This document shows, in pieces, positions 29,201 to 40,978 of a stretch of DNA of 64,000 bases. This DNA comes from Bugula neritina. Its lineage: Eukaryota > Animalia > Bryozoa. The stretch spans positions 13,773,675 through 13,837,674 of the forward strand of contig OZ037768.1 in assembly GCA_964035545.1 (NCBI GenBank), written 5' to 3'. A model generated the notes under the pieces. The model was not told the origin of the DNA. It saw nothing but the letters and a program-made list of their open reading frames with translations, and ran no database searches. Numbering within the stretch: position 1 is the stretch's first letter; every line of letters begins with the position of its first letter. Both the position numbers and the translations under genes were made by a program.

Positions 29201-32200
29201 TTTTATCTTACTCAAACAAATAATTTAAAAATGTACACTTCCTAATTATGTGTATATGAATCATACAACAAATATTATTTTGCGAATTATTATAAGAACT
29301 TTGGCTAACACATTTGCAACACTCACCATTACTCTGAAACTTTGCCAATCAAGTGTCTTTAGACTTAAATATATTAGAGTACAGCTGCGTAACTCATTGG
29401 TTACTTTAAACCTGCAATGAAATTAAGGATGTTGCAGTTTTTGTTGTGAAGCTTTGAAAGCAAATACATTTAACATTGCACACCGAATAACCAACAGAAC
29501 ATATTTTAAAACTATTACAACTCCTTACCGTATAAGTACATTTTCTAGTCTGAAACTCTAGCAGTCTATCTGCTAGATGGATTTTTTGGAATATTTATTT
29601 TGTGCACATTATTAGTATGCTATTTCATTGGTATACAATAACTTAAAAATATGCTTCAAATTTTGAAAAAGGAATTTCGGTAGTTGCAGTTTAGAACATT
29701 TATGAAAATTGTTGTTAACCATCCCATCCCAGCTGCGAAATAGAAAGGATCATAATAAATGTTTTTTTTTGTACCGTACAATGCAAGTGGATTCATTCTT
29801 ACAGATGATGACGTCAGACACAGGATCAGTTCTAACCATCAGTGGACTAGAACCCAAGGATACCGGCTCCATCAAATGTGTGATATCCAATAAGAATGGA
29901 TCTGATCAATCTAGTGCTAAACTTTCTACTATTGGTCAGTTTAATGTTTCCTGTTTGGTGAATGTTTTTGCAGTTTGTCACATAGATCTAGAGCTTTACA
30001 TTATAGAAACTATAGTCATGTAGTAAATCTTATATCCTATTACTAAACTATATTAACTCTGAGTATAATGAATAAAATAGCTTCCTTGCTGTGACTCACC
30101 TAATTGCTAAAACATTACAGTCAGTAGGTATAACAAAGAGTATTTTCAGTATTTTACATAAGCAAACATTTAAATTTATTTCTTGATTTTACGCTACTAC
30201 TATAAAATAGTTTCTATCATATTTAGTTGGTAATATTATTAATGGTTGGTTTTGTTTACTTTCAGCCATTGATTATGTAACTTTGCCTGTAATCATCTTA
30301 TCTATACTTTCACATGTTTATTTTTTAACTTTATTGGATTTCTCTAGCTAAACCAACAATCACCAGCCTTGTCTCGCCTCAATATGCTGAACTCGGTGAT
30401 CACCACAAAGTTAAATTCTCATTCAGTGGCACTGGACCTTTCTCATTCAAAGTGAAAAACAATGGAAAAGAAGTTCCTGCTAAAGGAGGGAGAGTCAAAT
30501 TGACAACTTTCGATGATCATGCAAATCTGGTCTTTTCAGGTATTTAGCTATAAACTTTTAAGACAGCTTTTATATATGCATATGTACAATGATACTTTTT
30601 ATAGGCCACTCTTTAAACCAATAATTTTTTTAATAAAATTCGATTTAGAACTTTACATAACTTATTTATTCTCTGCATTATTAAATTGTTTTTCAATAGA
30701 TGAAACAGCGTTTATTAATATATAATATATCTAATAAATATTAATATTTAAAAATATCAGTAAAAATCTAACAAAAATAATTATTGCATTCATCACAACC
30801 CAGCTCTGTTTGCATTCCATAGAAACTTTAAAGGATGACTCAGGTGACTGGTCAGTCGAGGTTAGTAATGACAGTGGCACGTGTCAAGTGAACTTCCCGC
30901 TAACCATTAAAGCTACTCCTGGAGCATGCAGAGCCCCAGTTAAAGTTTCAGATACAACCTTCAGCACAGCAATGTTGGCGTGGACTCCACCAACAGATGA
31001 TGGCGGATCTCCGGTTACACACTACGTGGTAGAGAAAAAGGAAGTAGGCAAGTCTTACTGGACCACAGTAACCTCACAGGCAAGTTCTATCAATCAAATA
31101 AAAAATCTCACTTGAGTGCAGAACTTTCATACTTATAAGTAATTTACTACCAACAGTCATTTTATTCTAAAATTTGCATTGAATTTCAGGGTTGTCGAGA
31201 GCCTCACTTTGAATGCCAAGGCTTGACTCCGAATGCTGAGTATTTGTTCAGAGTTGCTGCTGCTAATAAAAATGGTGTTGGCCCATTTATTGAAACGGCT
31301 AACTCAACTGTAGCCAAATTACCATATGGTGAGTCATGTTCTGGTATGATGCTTGTAAAAGACTAGCTATATATTTTTGTAATATAACATAGTTATCTAA
31401 AACATATAAATATATCATATATTAAACTGAAATAATTTTATATATACAACTACATGTTCATTTATAATTTCAATAATTTGCAGTATTTATGTCTGTTGCA
31501 AGTTTTCCAGTTAAAATCTTATAAAACCTGCCCTCACCAACTACCATAGTATTTGCTTTGTCTTAAAAAATATTTAGTTGAAGCATGGTAAACTATTGGT
31601 TTGTATGGATCTTATAAGTGTAGCATTTACAATACTTTAGATCCACCTGGACCACCTGGCATACCAGAAGTTGAAGAAGTTGGGAATGACTTTGTGCATC
31701 TGTCATGGGAAAAACCGTTTGATGATGGTGGTGGTAGAATTACAGGATATATAGTTGAAAGAAGAGAGGTAAGTTGGAAACTCTTTTTAAAGAAGATATT
31801 TTGTTTTATAATTCTATTATTACACTGACTATATAATATTTTGCAATACTTGCAAAAAGTTATTAACAGAAAGTTATTGCTTTTTTAAAACACTTCTTAC
31901 ACTTATATGCCTGCCCATGTTACCAAGTCGTAAATAGTTTCTACCTATAATATTATTTAATTTATGGTGTCCACATAACAGTTAAATTCTGACAAGTGGA
32001 CAAGAGTAAACTATACCCCAGTCATGGCTACTCAGTACAACATAGCAAACCTGATAGAAGACTTCACATATGAATTCAGAGTAATAGCTGTCAATGATGC
32101 AGGGGAGAGTAAACCTTCTGCAATATCCTCCAAAGTTGTTGTTAAGGACCCCAAAGGTAAAATATCATAAATTTGTTTATATAGTGTTCAAAAATTTCAT

Positions 32201-35200
32201 TTTCCAACTATACAATTGCAATAAGTCTGTGTTAAAATTTTAGCTGCAACATTACCTGTCTTCGTGCAAGGAATAAAAAATGTTGACACAGTAGAAGGAA
32301 AGAAAATTGAATTTGAGTGCATCATTGAAGCTAACCCGAAGCCTGAAGTGGCTTGGTAAGTAATATTTGTGTGGAAATGCTTTTCTACATGGGTTTTTAA
32401 CTGTCTCATAGACCAAGAGTGAAATTGATAAGCAGCTAAGTTAGAGGCAACTTACACAAGATATCTTTCAACTTTCGATTCAATATTGAGCATTTTTTGT
32501 GAGCGATTCATTTATTGGTCTGACTAAATTACTAATCTCATTATTGGGCTGCTAAAGTTTCATATTTGTTGATCTGCAGGTTTAAGGGAACACGCCAGCT
32601 TGATGAAAATAAGCGAATTGACATTTCATCTGAAGGTAACAAATATTTTCTCACTATTTATGATTGTTATGGTGAAGATGCAGATGACTACGCAGTTCGA
32701 GCGAGTACCGCAGCTGGTACTCGGCAGAGCAGAGCTAAAGTGTCCATCAAATGTAAGTACACACAGGAAACTTACATTGTGTGCTATCTCAATGCCGGGA
32801 AAATGAAAAATTATCTTATTTTCATAATTTTTTTAGTTCCGAGACAGATTTAGGGATAAGTTTATTTTGTTGGTATTCTACCTTGTTCAGTTTAACAGTG
32901 TGTTACGGGTATCTATAATGAATACACCAAATCCTAAATAGCCCTCTTCAACATCTACTTATGCAGCTGCACCCAAAATAAAACTGCCCAGCCGGTTTGA
33001 GTCTGCCACTGCCTTTGAGAAGGGTGAGACGGTAGTACTGAAGATACCATTTACCGGGAACCCAAAACCATCTTGCACTTGGTACAAGAATGGCGAGAAG
33101 CTCAAGGGATCTCGGTATTTGCAAGAGGTGAGTGATTATTAACTTCTACAAAGTCAGCAAATGTGGCAGCTGCATGAGCTCATGCCAAATTTGAGCAAAA
33201 ATTATATTGAATTCATTTTTATTGTTGATGAAATGAATAGCCATTTTTTATCCTGTACTTCTTTTATTACACACACAGCAGTAGCTTTGTTAAAAACTTG
33301 CACTGACTGAAATTTTTGTGCTTGATGCACATTTTTTATTTAATATCACTATTAAAAATGTTATTTAGTAAAACTGATTTATATATTATATATTAGGTGA
33401 CTGAAAGACATGCTTTGTTAACAATAAAAGATGCAGACAAGACAGATGGTGGAACTTATAAACTACAACTAGAAAATTCTCTTGGCAGTGATTCAGCCAA
33501 CATCACATTCACAGTCAACGGTAAAGCAATTAGCTCACCAACTTTTTTGGCACTCAATACGTTTATTGTTTAAATTTTAGTGTTTTAACAAGGTTGTTTC
33601 TGATATCTTTTCAGCACAGTTTTTATTACGTTGTTGTTGGCCGCCTTTTTCTATCTTATTTCTATTTGTTGGTAATTATTTTAGACACACCTGATGCACC
33701 CCACGGCCTAGTAGTAGAACAAGGTGCTGGTTGTGATGTAACACTCTCATGGTTGTCCCCTCTCAATGATGGTGGGAGCATGGTAACAGAATACATGGTG
33801 GAAAAGAAAGATATGCTCAGTGACAAGTGGATCAAAGTAGCTACTACTAGGTATATCTCTACTTGAAACTTTCATGTGCTTATTATTTTTTATAAATTAT
33901 TGCAATAAATTGATTTTATTTAGTGGTCAATGCCAAACAGCTGTTGCTTCTATACAGTTTTAGTTTTACAGATTTTTAGAATAAGTGAAGTTGTCTGCAC
34001 ATGATAAATTACTCATTTGCATGTTTCTGCTTTTCGCAGCAGTAAAATTTCACTTCTAAATTTTTTGCCTTATGCTTATAAAATTTTTCTGTCATTTTGT
34101 AGTTCATTTGAAACTGACCTCTAGTAATATGGACAGATGTTGATTACCTATAGTTGAGAATATATTAGACTTGTAAAACAACTAAGCTATTATTCTGAAA
34201 ATATGACTAAGTGAATGCAATTAACCAGCCTTGATATGTTTTGGAACAAAATTTTCTGTAACTTGTAAAACATGGAGTTTGAAAATGGTAAAATTTGATT
34301 TACCATCAACAATTTTAGCTGTTCTTAGAACAAGAGCTGCAGTAGGCTCAATTGTTATGCATTTGTATAAAATATCTTGCAACATTAAAGTACAATTTGG
34401 CCTACACAGTTTTTGGCCTAACTTTGAAGCTCTATTTTTTGGTATCGTCATAGTGAATGAGAACAATTTCAAAAGCAAACGAATTTATTTTGATGCAAAC
34501 TGTGTTTTGTCAATGGGGCAGTGGCCGTTGTTTTAGGTTTATATGAAAAAAATTTCGGAATAAAAATCGCAAAATAATAGCAATACCGGAATTTTCGTAA
34601 AATTATTAAGGCCATTTTTTAATGTTTGATAAGCATGAACATAAACCAACGCACGATACTATTTCACATCATTAACTTATGTGTTATAGACTGAAAAGTC
34701 TGAATATACAGAGTTTGGTGATGGGACACGCCTACCAACTGAGGGTGACTGCTAGTAACCTGTATGGATATGGAGCACCATCTGAGCCAACTGATGTAAT
34801 GTTAGATGAAGAATCTGTTAAACCAAGAAAAACTAGCACCCAGGAAACTCAAAAGAGAGGAAAGAATATCAAAGTAGACGACTATGATAAATTTTGTAAG
34901 TCAGCGAAAATTTGATACAGTGTTACATTCACATTCACTTCACTTTATTTTTAAAACTAAAAATTGCAGTTAAACCAACAGCTGAGAGCTATATTGCATT
35001 ATTTAATTACTATGCTTATTGCTATTTTGTACATTTATGCCGGGTCTTATAGACAAAGACATATGGAAGGATGGAAGCCCAAAACCAGCAGAATTGAAGG
35101 CGGAAAGTGTTCATGATTACTACGATATTCTTGAAGAGCTGGGCACGTAAGTTTTATTCCAGACACAATATGATATTACCACAATTGTTCATGTGTGCAT

Positions 35201-38200
35201 ATACAGTCCTGAAATGATTATATTTCGACGGTTCTTCAGACTGCACAGAATTAACTAATGCTGTAGAACAACTTGGCAGCTTTTATGTTATACTAAACAA
35301 CATGTAACACTATGCAGCAAGAAATCTTCAGGGTTACCAGCTTTCATAAGTTTATGCATGTATTTAAACACTGCAGATGTTCAAACCATTGAACTATAAC
35401 CTATTATAGTTTCAGTTCAGTGGTTCAAACAAGTATTGTAAGTTTTGATGCAATAACATTACATATATCTCCACTTCAACGGTTGTCGGCTAAGTAACAA
35501 TATTGTGTGTATGGTTTTAGAGGTGCTTTTGGAGTTGTGCACAGATGTGTGGAAAAAGCTACCGGAAAAGTTTTTGTAGCCAAGTTTATAGATACGCCCA
35601 CTTCAGCAGACAAGCAGGCAGTAAGAAATGAGGTGGGAGTGATGACACAACTCCATCACCCTAAGCTCATTACTCTACACGATGCTTTTGAAGACCGAAA
35701 GGAAATGTGCCTCATTATGGAATTGTAGGTGTTTTAAAATGCTTATAAATATCCATATAAACTATTTATTAATAAGTTTCTAAAGTTTAAATAAATTTAT
35801 TTTGATTGCTTGTAATTGTAAGTAAATTTAGTTTAATATTGTTGTGAGTTTTAGCACAATTATCAAGCGTGGATTGCCTGCGTATTTAGTTTCAATTTAA
35901 CTGGCAACTACTAACAGAGCTTGCGTACGATAACCTTTATTTAATTCGATAAACATAATTATGACACTATGTCAAAACCACAATACATCAGTCAATTATA
36001 ACACGTCTTACTACCACGAGCCCCTGCTCTCAACAACATGGTTTCTGCTAGCTAACCCGCGAACAGTCACTTGACCGGAACCTTGCTTTCCGGTCCTTCT
36101 GATTGGCTGGTAGAACATAGTTATAAGTATTCCCATACAGGAGGAGACAAATGCATTATTATGCTACGTAATCCCATTACAATATCAACTCCAGATGCGT
36201 CCAAAAATATTAAATGATGCTGTATACACACTTATATCATAACTATTGGTAAATTATTTGCGAGATTTGTAAGTTATTATTAGTTGCTGTTTGTTGAGAA
36301 TAAATAATTTTTCTTTTTATTATGTTTTAATATTTATACATAAGACTTAGGAACATCTAAATCTGTTGCATACGTCTGCAGTTTGTCTGGAGGGGAGTTG
36401 TTTGATCGAATAGCTGATGATAACTACAAGATGACAGAGGCTGAAGTAATCAAGTACATCAGACAAGTCGTGGCTGCCTTGAAACACATGCATGAGAATA
36501 ATATTGTACACTTAGACATCAAGGTGATTTTATTTCAATATGTGTAAACTATTACATAGATTTGTATGCTTCTTTCTTTTAAATATATTTTATCTGCAGC
36601 CCTATATTATTTATATTGTCGTGCATAAATTTTCAAATTGGGTTGAGCATTTCTAGGAACTTTAGTAAATTGCAGATGTATGCTATATACATTCAAGCAA
36701 CATTTCTTTTAAGAAAGCACAATCAAATTTATATAAAAGTATCTGATAGTTGCAGTACATCAACTGTGCTTGAAAAATGTAAATTGGCAGCATTAATAGT
36801 TTAACACCATATCAGCATCACAGACGTATGTTACATATATTATTTTCCTAGGAAAGCTGTAGCAGTTAGATTTGTAATTCCATGGGTTTTTTGAAACTTA
36901 CATACATGTAAACTTAATCAAACAAAGCCTGAGAGTTTTGTTAAAGAAGTATGCAAAAGTATCATATATTTACATTACAGCCAGAAAACATCATCTGTGA
37001 GACCAGTAAAAGCACAAACGTGAAAATCATAGACTTTGGTTTAGCGACCAAACTGGATCCAAATGTACCTGTGAAAGTATCAACAGCAACTGCAGAATTC
37101 GCTGCTCCAGAAATAGCAAACAGACAGTCTGTAGGCTATTACACAGACATGTGGGCATGTGGTGTGCTGGCTTATGTCCTGTAAGTTATATTTATATGTC
37201 TATAGCCATACATTAAGTTTTCTATCATTTATGCATGATTGGTTCTACTCACTGAATAACTCCTGTGCTTTCAGATTGAGTGGCTTGTCTCCATTTGCTG
37301 GTGAAGATGATTACGACACTCTACAGAATGTTGGCAATGCAGAGTATGACTTTGATGATGAGGCGTTTGACAATGTGTCAGATTTAGCTAAAGACTTCAT
37401 TTCTAAACTGCTAGTTAAAAAACCAGAGTAAGCTTGTTGTAGTGGCAGCAGCCACACAATTTAAATATGTCCTTATATAAATTATATTAGACGTTAAAAT
37501 ATTGTTAATAGTAAGCACATAATTATGCACATAATTGCATAGTAGAGCTCATTCGAGTAGTATGAATAATGATGACATAACTCCCTAAACTATAGTACCA
37601 TGTTCATTAAAATATAATGCATGTCACTTACTTTCCGAGCAATGCACGCGTGCATTAATTTACCACATGCATATTTCTTAAAAGCAAAATTACGATTAGA
37701 CGACTAGGTTACATTTTAGTGTGGAGTATCTAACACGGTGTTTGGCAATAATACATTATTTTTTAAATAGTGATATTTGTAAATACAAATTGTATGCAGC
37801 TGCATTACCGGTGCTAGTAGATATGCATTATTACTGTAACTATAGAAACCGTATGAATGTACACGTCGCCAGTGAGCATCCATGGCTCAAGGAAGAACAT
37901 GCAGAGTTAGACAAGAGAATACCTGCCAGTAGATATGCCGATGTACGAGAAAAGATACACGAAAGATATGTGAGTAGCTATAGAAGCATATATTAGCTCA
38001 CCTTTTCGTTACTAAGATGGTGGAACCTTTGCTAAGCTTTTGCAATTAATATTCTTACAGGGTATCAAGATTGAGATCAATATGCCTGCAATTGGAATCA
38101 TTGCAAACTTCAGTTCTATTAAGAAGCTGAGAATGGAGCAATTTCGCATTGTTGTCACGGAGTTTGGTGAGTTACTAATCTCTAGTTTACATCTATGAAA

Positions 38201-40946
38201 TTCCTACCAAGTGAACTGAAAATGAAGTAATTTGTTATCTTCTTATCCACATTAATTATACCTTTTACTTGTATTAAATATGACTTCAGTTTGCACGTTG
38301 TGGTGGACTGTAGCACACATTTCTGCTTACCTTTGCTGCAACACAATGCATGGAGATTTTACTTGTTTTTGTTGATGAAATTTATTATGTGCAGATCGTA
38401 AAGAAGCAGCTCCAAAGTTCATCATCAAGCCTCACTCGACAACTGTTCCAGAAGGGAGCACTGTAAACTTACATGCTGCTATACAGTCAACTAGTGACCC
38501 GATAGTTACATGGTATCACAATGATGTTCAACTCTCACAGAGTGTTAAACACATGCAGAAATATCAAGGTTTGTTAACTATATGTACATGTATGTCATGT
38601 CTAGGCATTCCAGCTATAATATATTATTGTAAGAAATATAAGGTATGCCTTTATGTTTTTGCATGCTGTTGATTTTTGTGCTGTAGTTAAAGTGGACAGA
38701 GATTTCTTTCATATGATGACAAATTAGATTGTGTAGAGTAACCATTAGGCTGTAATATCCACTAACTAGATTTAGACAGTAGACTGTGTAGATGTCATGT
38801 TTGCATAACTTAATAATATCTTCGTGTTATATATAAGATGCTATACAGCATAGATATATGAGGTGGGTGCAGTAATGCAGAAATTGGAAAGAGCTTGTGT
38901 TCTAGATGGAAAATGCAGCAAAAGAACTTATGTTCTCAAGATAATTTCTACCCAAACCGAAATTTATAAAGAAATTGAAAAATTTCTCCACTTTAATGAA
39001 ATATCATCGTCTAAAAGAGCTATAATCTTGAAACTTTTCTAACTAAAGCGCTCATGGGCAGTTCTTAGTGTACTATATTGAATTATTGATCAAAAAATTT
39101 TGTGCATTTTCATTTCGAGTAATTTTATAGGGACTCGAACTAAGAGTAAGTTGTTCTAGAGGTTGTACTAACATTTAATGCATGGCATTTCACTAAGTTG
39201 GTTTTATTTAATTTTGTAATTAATGAAAGTGTTTCTTCCGCTGCATTTATTTGATTTACTAGATTATAAGTGTATAAGGAGTATGTATACTAGCCCTGAG
39301 TAGCACCATATTGCGTCAATCAGAAAGATTGAGAGTACCTTTACTGCGCAGCGATATTGATGAAAATTTTTTCATTTGATGAGTTTCACAGAATTAAATC
39401 TACAAAATGGTAGACTATTTAGTTAGACATGCTATCCCAGTCGTCATGCTGTTTTGAGCTGTAGCCAAAAAAGCTATATGAAATCAAACAATATATGTGA
39501 TGATGGATAGTAGAGGCACCACCTAAGTAATTACCTGTAACATTACCATGTTTTGTCCAGGTAAGACATTTGGCCTGAAGGTAAATCGAGTTCGATGTGG
39601 AGAAGATGATGGAGTTTACACTTGCAGAGCTGTCAATTCATTCGGCAGATGTGAGGCATCATGTAACTTAACTATTACACGTGAGTATTACTATGACTAT
39701 TACCTGTGGGTATTACTATGACTATTACACGTAAGTATTACTATGACTATTACACGTGAGTATTACTATGACTATTACACGTGAGTATTACTATGACTAC
39801 TACACGTGAGTATTACTATGACTATTACACTTACGTATTACTATGACTATTACACGTAAGTATTACTATGACTATTACACGTGAGTATTACTATGACTAT
39901 TAACTGTGAGTATTACTATGATTATTACACTGACATATGTTACAGGAGTCGACAGTCAATCATCCACTGCTTTGCATTTTAAGGAATACTTGCTTAATAT
40001 TGGCCTCAATGATGGAGCTATAACAATGAGTTAATGTAGCTCAATAATTACATGGTCAGTTATATAACAAGCTAATAAGTCTGAGCTAACTCATATGATT
40101 TTTACAGCTGACACACACAAAGAGCAGCAACATGAAACAGAAAACAGACCCAAAAGAGTATTTAAAGAAATAGACGTAGAATATCCTGATTTAGACAAAA
40201 AACCATACTTTGAATTCCCACTTCGTGACAGAATGATTCAAGAACATGACACATTCAAACTAACTTGTACAGTTGAAGGTTTCCCACAACCACAGGTATT
40301 AAATTCGTTCTCAATTTTTGCCTTGTAATAATATAAATACATGTGAAATTATAATGCTTGGTGATAAAATCAAAGATATTCAGTATGTATGGTGAATGTT
40401 TGGCAGGTGAGCTGGTACCACAGTGGTAGAGATATTACAAATAACCCTCGGTACAGTGTCACATATGCATCAGGGCGCTGCAGTATAGAGATTGGAAATG
40501 CAGAGTCAGGAGATGCTGGAAAATATACATGTAGAGCAGTGAATACATTAGGAGAGGCAGAATGCTCATGTAATGTTGTTGTGGAAGGTAAGTGCAAAGC
40601 CATGTCTGAATTGAATGTAAATGTATTGCACGGCATATAAATCACCGTTTAATGTAGCAAAGTCACTACAAAGACAGAGCTTTGTAACCAATCACTCAGG
40701 GGCTTTCATTATTAAACAACACTGTGATTGGCTTAACACCCATGACTTGGCGGTGGCTTTGATTCATGGAAAGACTGTAATAGTAACCTAAACATAGAAA
40801 TGTTGAATGTCAATAGTACCAACAGTAAACGTTAAGCTTTCCCTAGACTAAAAGTTTTTACTGAAAAACAACTGTAAAGCAAAAAATTTGTGTTTCAAAA
40901 AATTTAACATCTTCAATATGAATAATTTGTTACTGCAATTCATACC

Positions 40947-40978
<32 letters not shown>

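Noticed and set aside
35855-36270. CpG-richer intronic insert (also about 34470-34620 and 38930-39400)
   Set aside because: These are probably old transposon fragments, but no termini or target duplications could be defined by eye.
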